A stretch of DNA of 64,000 nt from Gammaproteobacteria bacterium (GTDB taxonomy: Bacteria > Pseudomonadota > Gammaproteobacteria > JADZEE01), in contig JBFXBD010000008.1 of the NCBI GenBank assembly GCA_050183625.1, forward strand, positions 2,521-66,520, given 5' to 3'. The notes under the pieces are model-generated. The model saw only the letters and a list, made by a program, of their open reading frames with translations, was not told the DNA's origin and ran no database searches. Position numbers and translations under genes: made by a program. Positions 9,981-26,194 of the stretch are shown here, piece by piece (the stretch's first letter is position 1; every line of letters begins with the position of its first letter).

Positions 9981-11226
9981 CTACGCCGCGGCGGCGATCG
10001 CGACTCGGCGCTGCCAGCGCGCGGCGGCGAGCCACCATAGAGCTACGTCTTGCGAGAGCAGCGCCGCCAGGCCGGCGAGCGACGACTGGTCCGGTGGCGG
10101 GCGGATCAGCACGGAGACGGAGACGGCGCCGGCCAGATCGAGGATCCCGGGGATTACCCAGTACAGCAGCGCGAGATAGAGCATCGTCGTGGCTTCCGCC
10201 CGCTGCGCGCGGGCGGCGTAGCTGAACACGTGCAGGAGAGCGATGTCGCGCAGGGCGTAAAGAAGCAGCATCGGACCCGACCCGCTGCCGTCCGCCAGGG
10301 CCCCGGGCAGCAACGCGAGCGCGCCCGCGATCGCCAGCAGCCAGCAGGGTGTGTCCCGCGCGACGCGCAGCCAGTCGCCGGCGCGCATCGCCAGCCGCCA
10401 GCGCATCAGGGCGATCGGCTCGCGCGGCTCGACGAAGGCGGCCAGGTACCCGAGCACGAGCGCGGCCGTGCAGGCGAGCGCGCTGCCGCGCAGCGCCGCG
10501 GAGCCCGGCAGCGCCAGGCCGTTCAGGTACAGCGCCAGGAAGGCGATGAAGCCGAGCCACGCCCAGGGCAGTGTCTGCACCTTAAGCTCGATGCACATCG
10601 CCCTCCACGCGCCGATTACGGCCCAGGCCGCGAATGTAGCCACCGAGGCCAGCGCGAACGACTGCGGCGACAGCGTCATCCCATACCAGCCCGCCGCATC
10701 GACGCCGCGGAACAGGCTGGTGGCGATGCCGGTGAGCGCGAGTACCGATACCAGCGCCATGAGGCTGCTCAGGCTGCGCACGCCGCGCCGTACGAGCGCC
10801 AGGGCCAGCAACAGCGCCAGGGACTGGCCCAGCACCGCCCCCAATGCCATCAGAACTGCGAGCAGGGCGAAGTCGGCGCGCGGATGCAACCGGTTCGCCA
10901 GCGCGAACACCGCCATGCAGATCGCGCAGATGTACCACTGGAATGCGCCCGCGCCCGCGAGCTTGCCCCACGCCATGCTCCACGGCGAAAGCGCCGAGAG
11001 CTTCTGCGTATCCCAGGTGCCGTCGCGCACCTCGGCGAACACCGACTCGACCATCCGGCTCTGCGCCCACAGCGCGGCGGCGCCGAACAGCACCAGGGCC
11101 GCCAGCCCCGTGTCGCTGCCGGACTGCCACACCAGGGTGAAGGCCAGTGCCAGCGCCAGCGGCGCGCCGACCAGGCGGTGCGGGGTCAGTTCCAGCCACA
11201 GGTGGCGCTGCAATTCGGGGTTCATG
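9981..11226 (-). CDS. ABC-2 type transporter permease
   Basis: Start MNPELQRHLWLEL at 11226 overlaps the upstream ATPase stop (ATGA). ~415 aa with >=8 hydrophobic TM segments. The longer ORF extension into the ATPase gene is rejected. Confidence 0.7.
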
Positions 11227-12151
11227 CGCCGGCTCCGCGAGCCGCGCCGCGCACCGTGGCCAGGTAGGAGTCCTGCAGGTTCGCGCGTTCCTCGGCCAGG
11301 CCGCAGATCGGCACGCCGGCGTAAATCAGGCGCGCGAGCATGTCCGCGCGTGCCGCGGGCGCGGCGTCGAACTCCAGGCGCGCGTGGGTTCCATCCACGC
11401 GTGCATCCGAAACGCCATCGATGGCGGCGAGCAGGGCGGTGAGGTCCGCGTGCGGTCGCGCGAGATCCAGCCGCAGCCGCACGCGCGCCGGCGCGCGTGC
11501 GCCGAGCGCCGTGTGTTCGACCACGCGCCCGGCCCGCAGTACCAGCATGTCGGTGCAGTACGCCTCCAGCTCGGCCAGGATGTGCGATGACACCAGCAGG
11601 GTCATGCCCTGCGCGTGCAGGCGCCGGAACAGCGCCGCGAGATCGTGCCGGGCTTCCGGGTCCAGGCCCGAGGCCGGTTCGTCCAGGATCAGCACCGGCG
11701 GTGCGTGGATGATCGCCTGCGCGATTGCCACCCGCTGGCGCTGCCCGCGCGACAGGGTCCCGGCACGGTCCGCCAGTCGCGCCGTGATTTCCAGATCCTG
11801 GGCCACGCGATCGATCGCAGTGGGAATCGCTTCGGCTTCCAGGCCGCTGGAAGCGGCCGCGTAGTGCAGGCAGCGGCGTACCGAAAGCGCGCCGTAGAGG
11901 CCGAAGTTGTCGGCCAGGAAGCCGATCCGGCGATGGCAGCGGCGCGGCTCGGCGACGACGTCTACGCCGTCGACCTCGAGCCGGCCGGCGAGCGGCTCGT
12001 CGAGCGCGGCGATGCAACGCAGCAGCGTGGTCTTGCCGGCGCCGTTCGGGCCGACGAGCGCGGTGGTGGTGCCGGCGCGGATCGAGAAGCTCACCGCGTC
12101 CAGTGCGCGCACGCCGGGATAGTCGAACGTCACCCGGTCGGCGCGGATCAT
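11222..12151 (-). CDS. ABC transporter ATP-binding protein
   Basis: Walker A GPNGAGKTT, signature LSRGQRQRVAIA, Walker B ILDEP, H-loop. Confidence 0.85.
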   Translation of the reverse strand: MIRADRVTFDYPGVRALDAVSFSIRAGTTTALVGPNGAGKTTLLRCIAALDEPLAGRLEVDGVDVVAEPRRCHRRIGFLADNFGLYGALSVRRCLHYAAASSGLEAEAIPTAIDRVAQDLEITARLADRAGTLSRGQRQRVAIAQAIIHAPPVLILDEPASGLDPEARHDLAALFRRLHAQGMTLLVSSHILAELEAYCTDMLVLRAGRVVEHTALGARAPARVRLRLDLARPHADLTALLAAIDGVSDARVDGTHARLEFDAAPAARADMLARLIYAGVPICGLAEERANLQDSYLATVRGAARGAGA

Positions 12152-12161
12152 CGGTGCGCGG

Positions 12162-13307
12162 TCAGCCGGCCGGATCGGTCAGCGCCGCGCGTGCGGCGAT
12201 GACGTCGCGCGCGGCGCCTTCCGCGCTCGTGCCCAGTGCGGTCAGGTGGCCCATCTTGCGCCCGGGCTTGGCCTCGTCCTTGCCGTACAGATGCAGTTTA
12301 ACGCCCGGGACGGCCAGGGCTCGCTCGAACCGCGGCGGCCCATCGCGCCACAGATCGCCGAGCAGGTTCGCCATCGCGGCCGGCTGGCGCAGCGCGGTCG
12401 AGCCCAGTGGCAGCCCGCAGACCGCGCGCAGTTGCTGCTCGAACTGGCAGCTCACCGCGGCGTCGATGGTCAGGTGCCCGGAGTTGTGCGGCCGCGGGGC
12501 GATCTCATTGATGAGCAGGCCGCCCGTGCGCGTGACGAAGAATTCCACGCACAGCACGCCCACCACGTCGAGCTTCTCGAACAGCGTGCGGGCGATGTCG
12601 CCGGCTTCGCGGGCGACCCGCGCCGGCACCGGCGCCGGCGCCACGGAGATGTCCAGGATGTGATCGCGGTGCGAATTGCCGATCGCGCCGTAGTCGGCGT
12701 AGCTGCCGTCCGCGCCGCGCGCGCCGACGACCGAAATCTCCTGCTCGAAATCGATGAAGGCTTCGAGGATCGCCTCGTCGGTACCGAGTGACGCCCACGC
12801 CGCGGCCGCGTCCGCCGGGGCGGCGATCTTCGCCTGGCCCTTGCCGTCGTAGCCCCAGGCCGCGGTCTTGAGCACCGCGGGGCAGCCGAGTTCGACGATC
12901 GCGCGGTCCAGGTCCGCAGCTGACCGCACCGCCGCGAACGGCGTCACGGGCAGGCCCGCGTCGCGCATGAAGCTCTTCTCGCGCAGCCGGTGCTGGGCGA
13001 TGTGCAGCACGTGGCCGCCCGGGCGCACCCGGGTGTGACGGGCGGCAGTCTCGACCGTGGCTGAGGGTACGTTCTCGAACTCGAAGGTCACCGCGGCGAC
13101 GCCGCGTGCAAAGCGCGCGACCGCGTCCAGGTCCTCGTAGGCGGCATTGATCTCGATGTCCGCCACCTGGCCGGTGGGGGTGTCGTCGGCCGGCGAGAGC
13201 ACGTGGACGCGGTACCCGAGCCGGCGTGCCGCAATCGCGAACATGCGGCCGAGCTGGCCGCCGCCGAGCACGCCCAGCACGGCGCCCGGCTCGATGACAC
13301 CGCTCAC
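12162..13307 (-). CDS. purK: N5-carboxyaminoimidazole ribonucleotide synthase
   Basis: ATP-grasp. [13 protein letters not shown]-terminus, strong PurK-like sequence throughout. GTG start at 13307 overlaps the purE stop (GTGA). The long 5' extension in the ORF track is spurious. Confidence 0.85.
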   Translation of the reverse strand: MSGVIEPGAVLGVLGGGQLGRMFAIAARRLGYRVHVLSPADDTPTGQVADIEINAAYEDLDAVARFARGVAAVTFEFENVPSATVETAARHTRVRPGGHVLHIAQHRLREKSFMRDAGLPVTPFAAVRSAADLDRAIVELGCPAVLKTAAWGYDGKGQAKIAAPADAAAAWASLGTDEAILEAFIDFEQEISVVGARGADGSYADYGAIGNSHRDHILDISVAPAPVPARVAREAGDIARTLFEKLDVVGVLCVEFFVTRTGGLLINEIAPRPHNSGHLTIDAAVSCQFEQQLRAVCGLPLGSTALRQPAAMANLLGDLWRDGPPRFERALAVPGVKLHLYGKDEAKPGRKMGHLTALGTSAEGAARDVIAARAALTDPAG

Positions 13308-13810
13308 GACAGTTTTTCCCGCATCACCTGCCTGGCGAGCGCCTCGCGCTGGCGGCGCAGGCGCGCACGCAACACCGGCTGCTGTACGCCGAGGATCGAA
13401 ATCGCCAGCAGCGCGGCATTGCGCGCGCCGGCCTCGCCGATCGCGAGCGTGCCCACCGGAACGCCGCCCGGCATCTGCACGATCGAAAGCAGCGAGTCCA
13501 GGCCGTTCAGGGCCCGGCTCTGCACCGGCACACCGAGCACCGGCAGCACCGTGTGCGAGGCGACCATTCCGGGCAGGTGCGCGGCGCCGCCGGCGCCGGC
13601 GATGATCACCTGCAGGCCGCGCTGCTCGGCGCTGCGCGCGTAGCGGCGCATCCAGTCCGGCGTGCGGTGCGCGGAGACGACCCGGCACTCGTGCGCGATG
13701 TCGTACTCGGCCAGCACCGCGGAAGCGTGCCGGAGCGTCTCCCAATCGGACTTGCTGCCCATGATGACGCCGACGCGCGGCGCCGGTTTCGAGTTGGGTC
13801 GTCGTGGCAT
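13304..13810 (-). CDS. purE: N5-carboxyaminoimidazole ribonucleotide mutase
   Basis: N-terminal [12 protein letters not shown] and [10 protein letters not shown] motifs align closely with E. coli PurE. Translationally coupled to purK. Confidence 0.9.
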   Translation of the reverse strand: MPRRPNSKPAPRVGVIMGSKSDWETLRHASAVLAEYDIAHECRVVSAHRTPDWMRRYARSAEQRGLQVIIAGAGGAAHLPGMVASHTVLPVLGVPVQSRALNGLDSLLSIVQMPGGVPVGTLAIGEAGARNAALLAISILGVQQPVLRARLRRQREALARQVMREKLS

Positions 13811-13999
13811 GGTGACAATCGTTTGCGGTTGGTCGTGTCGGGCAGTGGCGGGGACCCTGGCGGGCTGAGCCGCCGCCCGGCCGTGGGCGATTCGACGCCG
13901 CCCGTCGCGCGGGGCTGCCCGCCGGTCGGTGGTTGCGGCGCCGCAACGGGGCGCTCACTATAATGGAGCCCAGGACTAGCGGCAAAGGACGAGCGTGCC

Positions 14000-14710
14000 A
14001 TGGCGATCATGACGCCCCCCCTGACTGCGCGCGCCGGCACCGGCGTGCGTGATGTGCGAACCGGGCGCCGCCCGGGACCCATGTTGCTGCGTCCCGAATT
14101 CGCGGACGCCATCGCCCGCTTCCTGCCGCATTGCCACCGCCGCATCTTCTCGCCCAAGTCGATGATCATCCGCCAGGGGGATCCCACCGGCGAGCTGTTC
14201 TACATCGTCGATGGCTCGGTCAAGGTGCTGCTCGAAGACGATCAGGGCCACGAGATCGTCCTGGCGTACCTGAACGCCGGCGAGTTCTTCGGCGAGCTGG
14301 GGTTGTTCCACGAGGACAATCGCCGCAGCGCGCTGGTGCGTGCCCGCAGCCGCTGCGAGGTGGCGCAGATCAGCTACCACAAGCTCAAGAGCCTCTCGGA
14401 CATCTTCCCCGATCTCATGCTGCTGATGAATACGCAGCTCGCCGAGCGCCTGAAGAACATGAATCGCAAGCTCGGCAACCTGGCGTTCATGGACGTGTAC
14501 GGCCGCATCGCCCGCGCGTTGCTGGAACTGTGCAAGGAGCCGGACGCCATCACCCACCCGGACGGCATGCTCGTACGCGTCACCCGCCAGGAACTGGCGC
14601 GCATCGTCGGTTGCTCGCGGGAGATGGTGGGCCGGGTCCTCAAGCAGATGGAAGAGGCCCATCAGGTCGCGGTCGAAGGCCGCAGCATCATCGTCTTCGG
14701 CACGCGCTGA
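14000..14710 (+). CDS. clp: CRP/FNR-family global regulator, Clp (CAP-like protein) homologue
   Basis: Near-colinear with Xanthomonas Clp: cNMP-binding fold, C-terminal HTH RQELARIVGCSREMVGRVLKQ, ending VVFGTR. Confidence 0.85.
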   Translation: MAIMTPPLTARAGTGVRDVRTGRRPGPMLLRPEFADAIARFLPHCHRRIFSPKSMIIRQGDPTGELFYIVDGSVKVLLEDDQGHEIVLAYLNAGEFFGELGLFHEDNRRSALVRARSRCEVAQISYHKLKSLSDIFPDLMLLMNTQLAERLKNMNRKLGNLAFMDVYGRIARALLELCKEPDAITHPDGMLVRVTRQELARIVGCSREMVGRVLKQMEEAHQVAVEGRSIIVFGTR

Positions 14711-14744
14711 TCGGCCCCGCCTATCGCCGGAACAGGCGGTCGTC

Positions 14745-15323
14745 GTGGCCGGGAAGATGCTGGTATATGCCCTTGCCGGGGCATTGCTGTCGGCGGGCGT
14801 GGCGGGCGCCTACCAGTGTCTCATCCTCGTCGCCTCGGGTATCGATCCACGCGGCTTCCCGGCGCAGATGCTGGCGCTGGAGGTGATGCGCCTGCCCGCA
14901 TTCGCAACGTTCGGCGCGCTCACCGCCGCGATTGGCGCGGCGCTGTCGCCGTCCTGGGATACGCTCTGGTGGCGGTTTCCTGCCTGGCTGGCGCTCGGCG
15001 CATTCGCCGGCGTCCTGGTCGGCCTGGGCGGGTATGGCCTGGGCGCCGGGCGCCTGCCGCATGCCGTGGAACTCCTGCCGCTGGTCACCTTCGGCAACAA
15101 GTACGTGGTCGCCGGCCTGGGGATGGGCGCGGGTTTCGCCGCGTTCGAGACGCTCGCCGGCATCATCCGCCGCCTGCGCCGGCCGGCGCGCGGACCGACC
15201 GATCTGCAGGCGCGCGACTGGGTCGATTTCGACGCCGTCTCCGGCGGCGAGATGCGGCGCCGCGCCGAAGCCTACCTGGCCAGGCGCGGCAAGGCGGGGC
15301 CACCCAGCGGCCTCGGGCAATGA
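14745..15323 (+). CDS. hypothetical membrane protein
   Basis: 192 aa with 4-5 hydrophobic helices and a C-terminal charged tail. No family recognised. Confidence 0.4.
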   Translation: MAGKMLVYALAGALLSAGVAGAYQCLILVASGIDPRGFPAQMLALEVMRLPAFATFGALTAAIGAALSPSWDTLWWRFPAWLALGAFAGVLVGLGGYGLGAGRLPHAVELLPLVTFGNKYVVAGLGMGAGFAAFETLAGIIRRLRRPARGPTDLQARDWVDFDAVSGGEMRRRAEAYLARRGKAGPPSGLGQ

Positions 15324-15380
15324 GCAACGCCGCGTGGATGAATGCAGTTCCCGCATGCGTCCAGGGGTGAAGCCGGCATC

Positions 15381-15956
15381 ATGAGGATCCAGATCGCGCT
15401 GCTTGCGTTGTCGTTGTTCGGCGGCCTTGGCGCGGTCGCGACCCTCACTCAGCGGCTCGCACCGGAACAGACCTCCCATCGCGGGCCCTCACCGGCCGGG
15501 CGCGCAGCGCCGATGCACGCGCCCGCGCAGTCTGCGTCGGCGGCGAAGACCGACAGCGTCGGCGCGCGTGGGCGCGTTGCGACGGCCTTGCCTGCGGCTG
15601 CACCGGGCCAGGGGCGGATCTACATCTGGCGGTCCGCCGACGGCAGGCATCACATCACAAGCAGCCCGCCGCCGCCGCAGGTGCCGGCCCGGGTGCAGAC
15701 CTTCGCGGTAGCCGGTGCGCCCGCCAGCAGGGCGGAATCGACGCCGGCGGTGAAATCCGCGGAGGCGCCTGCCTCGCCGGCCACGGCGCCGCGGTCGGCG
15801 AACCTGGCCGATTCGCCGCTTCGGGTGTATACGCCGTCCGGATTCGAGGAACTCACGCGCGAGGCGCAGCGGCTGGACGGTGTGTTCCGCGACCGCAGCG
15901 AGGATTTGTCCACGCTGACACGCGCACTGCGCGCCGACGGCGTGCCTGAGGACTGA
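15381..15956 (+). CDS. DUF4124-domain secreted protein
   Basis: Signal peptide MRIQIALLALSLFGG. IYIWRSADGRHHITSSPPP matches the DUF4124 WxDxxGxxHxS core. Pro/Ala-rich linker. Confidence 0.55.
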   Translation: MRIQIALLALSLFGGLGAVATLTQRLAPEQTSHRGPSPAGRAAPMHAPAQSASAAKTDSVGARGRVATALPAAAPGQGRIYIWRSADGRHHITSSPPPPQVPARVQTFAVAGAPASRAESTPAVKSAEAPASPATAPRSANLADSPLRVYTPSGFEELTREAQRLDGVFRDRSEDLSTLTRALRADGVPED

Positions 15957-15986
15957 GATCCCGCCCACGCCGTGCGTGGTGGGCGT

Positions 15987-16754
15987 TCACCCGCGAAAGG
16001 AATCCTTGCGCCGGCGCGTTTCGGCGAACACCGCCACCGGATCGGCACCGATCATGCCCAACGTGCGTTGCAGCGATTCGGACTCGGGGCGCAGGAAGGG
16101 GTTGGTCGCAAGCTCTTCGATGAGCGTCGAGGGGACCGTCGCTTCGCCGCGCTCGCGGGCGGCGTCCACCCGCAGCATGCGCGCGATCAGCGAGAAGTTG
16201 TCCGGCTCCACGCTGAGCGCGAACCGGCCGTTGGACTGCGTGTACTCGTGCGCGCAGTACACCTTCGTCACCGGCGGCAGGTTGCGCAGCTTGGACAGCG
16301 AGGCCCACATCTGCTCGGGCGTGCCCTCGAACAGGCGGCCGCAGCCGAGTGCGAACAGCGTATCGCCGCAGAACAATGCCTGCTCGGCCTCGAACCAGTA
16401 GGCGATATGGCCGCGGGTGTGGCCGGGGACGTCGAACACCGCTGCGCTGGTGTGGCCGAAGGGGTAACGGTCCCCCTCGCCGACATGCACGTCGATTCCG
16501 GGGATGCGATCGCGATCCGCGCGCGGCCCGACGATGGTGCAGCCGGTGCGGCGCTTGAGTTCCAGGTTGGCGCCGACGTGGTCCGGGTGATGGTGGGTAT
16601 TGAGGATGTGGGTGAGCTTCCAGCCCCGCCGCCCGAGCGCGGCCATCACCGGCTCCGGCTCGGCCGGGTCCACCACGGCCGTCACCCCCCCCTCCGGCTC
16701 GTGCACCAGCCAGAGGTAGTTGTCCGACAGCGCCGGGATCCGCTCAATCTCCAT
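15987..16754 (-). CDS. gloB: hydroxyacylglutathione hydrolase (glyoxalase II)
   Basis: Metallo-beta-lactamase motif THHHPDHVG, GloB-like N-terminus MEIERIPALSDNYLWL, C-terminal HEYT. Confidence 0.9.
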   Translation of the reverse strand: MEIERIPALSDNYLWLVHEPEGGVTAVVDPAEPEPVMAALGRRGWKLTHILNTHHHPDHVGANLELKRRTGCTIVGPRADRDRIPGIDVHVGEGDRYPFGHTSAAVFDVPGHTRGHIAYWFEAEQALFCGDTLFALGCGRLFEGTPEQMWASLSKLRNLPPVTKVYCAHEYTQSNGRFALSVEPDNFSLIARMLRVDAARERGEATVPSTLIEELATNPFLRPESESLQRTLGMIGADPVAVFAETRRRKDSFRG

Positions 16755-16764
16755 CGCCCGATTA

Positions 16765-16858
16765 TATTCCGGTGCCAGGCACCGGAAAAAGCTGTGGACG
16801 ACTTATCCAGGTGCCTGGCACCGGAAAAAGTCTGGTGCCAGGCACGTGGATAAGTGGG
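16765..16858. promoter_or_regulatory. cluster of three GGTGCC(A/T)GGCACC palindromes plus long inverted repeat (ACTTATCCAGGTGCCTGGCAC ... GTGCCAGGCACGTGGATAAGT); candidate operator/terminator between ABC operon end and gloB start
   Basis: Read directly from the sequence. On the gloB-sense strand a TATAAT lies 7 nt upstream of the gloB ATG, next to the last palindrome. Confidence 0.5.
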
Positions 16859-16859
16859 G

Positions 16860-17960
16860 TCAATCGAGGCGTTTGCGGAAGCGCAGGACGGCGACGGCGA
16901 GCATGGCGATGGCGAACAGGGCCAGGGCACGGATCTCCGAAGCGAGCGTGGACAGATCGGCGCCGCGCAGGATGATGCCGCGCGTGAGCCGCACGAAATG
17001 GGTGAGCGGCAGCACCTCGGCGAACCAGCGCGCCAGCCGCGGCATGCCGTCGAACGGAAACATGAAGCCGGACAGCAGGATCGACGGCAGGTACACGAAC
17101 ATCGTCAGCTGGATCGCCTGGAACTGGCTGCGCGCAAGCGTGGAAATCACCAGCCCCATGGTCAGGCTGGCGGCGATGAACACCAGCGAGGCGGCGTAGA
17201 TGTCACCATAGGTGCCGGCGATCGGCACCTGGAAGATCCACAGCCCCGCGGCGACGATAAGCGAGACCTGTACCAGGCCGATGAGCACGTAGGGGATGAT
17301 CTTGCCCAGCATCAGCTCCAGGCTGCTCACCGGCGTCATGATGAGCAATTCGAGATTGCCGCGCTCGCGCTCGCGCACCAGCGCCACCGCGGTGAACAGG
17401 ATCATCGTCATCGACAGGATCACGCCGATGAGCGCCGGTACCACGAACACCGCCGATCGTCGCTCCGGATTGAAATAGTTGCGCACCTCGAGCAGTGGCT
17501 GGCGCGTGGCGGTCTCGGGCGGGTGGCCGCGCGCAAGCTCGATCTCGGCCAGACGCCGGGCGACGCCGAGCACGGTCGGGTCCGACCCGTCCACCAGGAT
17601 CTGCGCCGCCGGCCGGTCGCCACGCAGCACACGGCGGTCGAAATCCGGCGGGAAATACAGCCCCACGGTAATCTCCCCGCGCTGCAACAACGCCTCCAGC
17701 TCGGCCGGCCCGGCCACCCGTGCGCGGATGTCGACGATCTGCGAGGCCTGCGCGTCGGCGGCGAGCGTGCGCGAGAGCTGGGTACCGGCCTGATCGGCCA
17801 CCGCCGCGTGCAGGTGGCGCACGTCCAGGTTGATCGCGAACCCGAACAGCAGCACCTGGATCAGCGGGATGCCGATCATCATGCCGAAGGTGAGCCGGTC
17901 GCGGGCGAGCTGCAGCACCTCCTTGTACATGATCGCGAACAGGCGCGCGGCCGAGATCAC
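16860..17960 (-). CDS. ABC-2 type transporter permease (YhhJ-like)
   Basis: 366 aa. N-terminal MYKEVLQLARDRLTFGMMIGIPL typical of ABC-2 permeases, 6 TM. Overlaps the ATPase stop by 4 nt. Confidence 0.8.
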   Translation of the reverse strand: MISAARLFAIMYKEVLQLARDRLTFGMMIGIPLIQVLLFGFAINLDVRHLHAAVADQAGTQLSRTLAADAQASQIVDIRARVAGPAELEALLQRGEITVGLYFPPDFDRRVLRGDRPAAQILVDGSDPTVLGVARRLAEIELARGHPPETATRQPLLEVRNYFNPERRSAVFVVPALIGVILSMTMILFTAVALVRERERGNLELLIMTPVSSLELMLGKIIPYVLIGLVQVSLIVAAGLWIFQVPIAGTYGDIYAASLVFIAASLTMGLVISTLARSQFQAIQLTMFVYLPSILLSGFMFPFDGMPRLARWFAEVLPLTHFVRLTRGIILRGADLSTLASEIRALALFAIAMLAVAVLRFRKRLD

Positions 17961-18904
17961 GGCGAATTCTCCTTGTGTCGGCGGCGGGTGACGGCGACGA
18001 ACACGTCCTCCAGGTTCGGCGCCGCCACACTCGCCTGCCCGTCCACGTGCGAGGCGTCGAGCGCGCGGCGCACGCAGGCCACGGGGTCGGGCTCGTGCAG
18101 ATCCACCAGCACCCGCAGCCGCACGCCGAGCTGGGTCACGCCCAGGATGCCAGGCCGGTGGTCCAGCGCCGAGATCGCGGCGCGCGGTTGCGCGCTGCGG
18201 AACTCCACCACCGTCGCGCCGATCCGCGCCTCCAATGCCTGTGGCGTGCCATCGGCGACGAGCGCGCCGCGATCCAGGATCGCCAGCCCGTGGCAGCGCT
18301 CGGCCTCGTCCATGTAGTGCGTGGAAACCAGGATCGTCACCCCGCTCTCGGCGAGCTCGAACAGGGTGTCCCAGAAGTCCCGCCGGCTCTGCGGATCCAC
18401 CGCGCTGGTCGGCTCGTCCAGGAACAGCAGCCGCGGCCGGTGCAGGATCGAAGCCGCGAGCGCCAGGCGCTGCCGCTGCCCGCCGGATAGGGTGCCTGCG
18501 CGCTGCGAGGCGCGATCTACGAGCGCGAACTGTTCCAGCAACTCATCCACGCGCGGCCGGCGCAGCCGGCGCGGCAGGTCGTAGACCCGGGCGATGAACT
18601 CCAGGTTCTCGCGCACGCTGAGATCCTCGTACAGCGAAAAGCGCTGCGTCATGTAGCCCACCTCGCGCTTGACCGCTTCCTCCTGGCCGGGAATGCGATG
18701 GCCGAGCACCTCGGCCTCGCCTTCGCTCGGCACGAGCAGGCCGCACAACATGCGGATGGTGGTCGACTTGCCCGAGCCGTTCGGCCCGAGGAAGCCGTAG
18801 ATCGACGCACGCGGGATCGCCAGGTCGACCCGGTTCACCGCCAGCGTCCGGCCGAAGCGACGCGACAGGCCGCGGGTACGGATCGCGCAGTCGGCCGGGT
18901 TCAC
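17957..18904 (-). CDS. ABC transporter ATP-binding protein
   Basis: Walker A GPNGSGKST, signature [12 protein letters not shown], Walker B LLFLDEP. Confidence 0.85.
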   Translation of the reverse strand: MNPADCAIRTRGLSRRFGRTLAVNRVDLAIPRASIYGFLGPNGSGKSTTIRMLCGLLVPSEGEAEVLGHRIPGQEEAVKREVGYMTQRFSLYEDLSVRENLEFIARVYDLPRRLRRPRVDELLEQFALVDRASQRAGTLSGGQRQRLALAASILHRPRLLFLDEPTSAVDPQSRRDFWDTLFELAESGVTILVSTHYMDEAERCHGLAILDRGALVADGTPQALEARIGATVVEFRSAQPRAAISALDHRPGILGVTQLGVRLRVLVDLHEPDPVACVRRALDASHVDGQASVAAPNLEDVFVAVTRRRHKENSP

Positions 18905-19887
18905 CGAACCGGCGCCGCGGGCGCGTCGAAGTGCGCCACCACCGGAACGCCGGCCGGCAGCGCCCGGTCAGCGCTGACGAGGTCAATTTCAGCGACGTAC
19001 GTCACCCGGCCGCGGTCGCGCTCGGTGAGCGCGAAGTAGGGCGTGAAGGTCGACTCGGAGGCGATCGTGCGCACGCGGCCGCGCAGCGGGGCGGGCAATC
19101 CGTCGACGCTCACGCTGGCCGCGCTGCCCGGCCGCACCTGGACGCGGATCAGCTCGGGCACGTACACGCGCGCATAGGGCCGGGCACCGTCGAGCAGAAC
19201 CGCCACGATCTCGCCGACGCGCGGTTGCTCGCCCTGCTTCAGGGGCAGGCTATCCACGCGTGCGGGGCGCGGTGCCCGGATCGTCATCCGCTCGAGATCG
19301 ATCCGCAGCCGCCGCACCGCCGCAGCGGCGGCCTCGGCCGCATGCCGCGCCTGCGCGATTTCCTCCGCGGTGGCGCCGTGTTCGGCTTCTTCCAGCAGCG
19401 CGTGGGCGGCGTCGCGATCCGCGCGCGCTGCGTCGCGTACGGCGCGGGCGCGGTCCACGTCTTCGGCGCTCGCCAGGCGCCGGCCGACCAGCGCCGCCAC
19501 GCGTGCGAGTTCGCGTTCGCGTGCCGCCAGCACGCGCGTGGCGCCCTCGGCGCGCGAACGCGCCTCGACGATGCGTTCCGTGCGTGTGCCGCGTTCGAGT
19601 TCGGCCAGCCGCGCGAGTGCCGCATCGCGCCGTGCCGATGCTTCGTCCAGGCGCGCCTGCACGCGCGTCGGGTTGAGCTTCAGCAGCACGGTTCCCGCGG
19701 CGACCATGTCGCCCTCGTGCACGGGGATTTCGACGATCGGCTCGGACTGCTCCGCGAGCATTTCGATCCGATCCCACTCCAGCATCCCCACCGCGCCGTG
19801 ATCCGGCGGCGGCGCGGTGCATCCGCCGACCAGCATCGCGAGTCCGAACAATGTCCGCCGCGCGGTCAGGCGCATCGCTGCGGCCAT
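18901..19887 (-). CDS. HlyD-family membrane-fusion (secretion) protein
   Basis: Start MAAAMRLTARR. N-terminal TM/lipobox-like LAMLVGGC. Long coiled-coil (RLAELERG...) followed by a beta-barrel C-terminus. Operon with the two ABC genes downstream. The ORF-track fusion to 21069 is spurious. Confidence 0.75.
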   Translation of the reverse strand: MAAAMRLTARRTLFGLAMLVGGCTAPPPDHGAVGMLEWDRIEMLAEQSEPIVEIPVHEGDMVAAGTVLLKLNPTRVQARLDEASARRDAALARLAELERGTRTERIVEARSRAEGATRVLAARERELARVAALVGRRLASAEDVDRARAVRDAARADRDAAHALLEEAEHGATAEEIAQARHAAEAAAAAVRRLRIDLERMTIRAPRPARVDSLPLKQGEQPRVGEIVAVLLDGARPYARVYVPELIRVQVRPGSAASVSVDGLPAPLRGRVRTIASESTFTPYFALTERDRGRVTYVAEIDLVSADRALPAGVPVVAHFDAPAAPVR

Positions 19888-19914
19888 GAACCGCCCCTTC
19901 GCCGTCGCTAGCGC

Positions 19915-20095
19915 ACCGACCCACGCGGGCTCGATGCTACCGGCAGCGCGTGGATTGCTTCGTCGCTTCGCTCCTCGCAATGACGGGGTGCGGTTCATGG
20001 ATAGGCCGCATGGCGGCCGCGGCAATCCAGGCGGCGTGGACGAATCCGGCGCTGCATGGGTCGCTTCGCTGCGCTCGCGACGACGATGGGGCGTG
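19915..20095. repeat. REP/MITE-like repeat, copy B
   Basis: Shares cagcgcgtggattgcttcgtcgcttcgctcctcgcaatgacggggtgcggttcatggataggccgc...gggtcgcttcgctgcgctcgcgacgacg with copy C almost base-for-base. Confidence 0.8.
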
Positions 20096-20099
20096 CGTG

Positions 20100-25660
<5,561 letters not shown>

Positions 25661-25664
<4 letters not shown>

Positions 25665-26194
25665 GGTCGCGGAGGAAGGGGCGGGCGGCGCAGGCCTTCG
25701 AAGCGCTGCTGCCAGTAGTCGTCGAGAAAGCTCGACACCATCACCCGGCCGGTGCGGGTGCTCGGCGCGTGGATGAAGCGATCCTCGCCCAGGTAGACGC
25801 CGACGTGCGAGTAGCGCGCGCCGCTGGTATTGAAGAACAGCAGGTCGCCGGGGCGGCGCTGCTCCGCCGGCAGGGGCGGCAGGCCCGCGGCAAGTTCATC
25901 CGTGCTGCGCGGCAGGTCGACGCCGAGCTGGCCGTAGATGTAGCGCACCAGGCCGCTGCAGTCGAAGCCGGTTTCGGGCCGCTCGCCGCCGTAGCGGTAC
26001 GGCTTGCCCTGCAGGCTGAGCGAATAGGCGAGCACGCCGAGCAAATCCGCGTTCGGCATCTGCAGCACGGGCGCAGGTGCGGGTGCCGGGGCGGGCGCCG
26101 GTGCGATCGGCGCACGCGCGCAGCCGGCCAGCAGCACGGCCAGCGCCGCGGCGACGGCGATCCGGGCGTGCCGGCCGTGGGAGCGATGGATCAC
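25661..26194 (-). CDS. NlpC/P60 (C40) family lipoprotein peptidase
   Basis: GTG start. Lipobox LLAGC. Catalytic [11 protein letters not shown] Cys and downstream His (YSHVGVYLG). (PA)n linker. Confidence 0.75.

Noticed and set aside
12162-13985. 607-aa version of purK extending through purE
   Set aside because: The 5' portion is Arg/Pro-rich nonsense overlapping purE in another frame. The GTG at 13307 coupled to the purE stop yields a canonical ~380-aa PurK.
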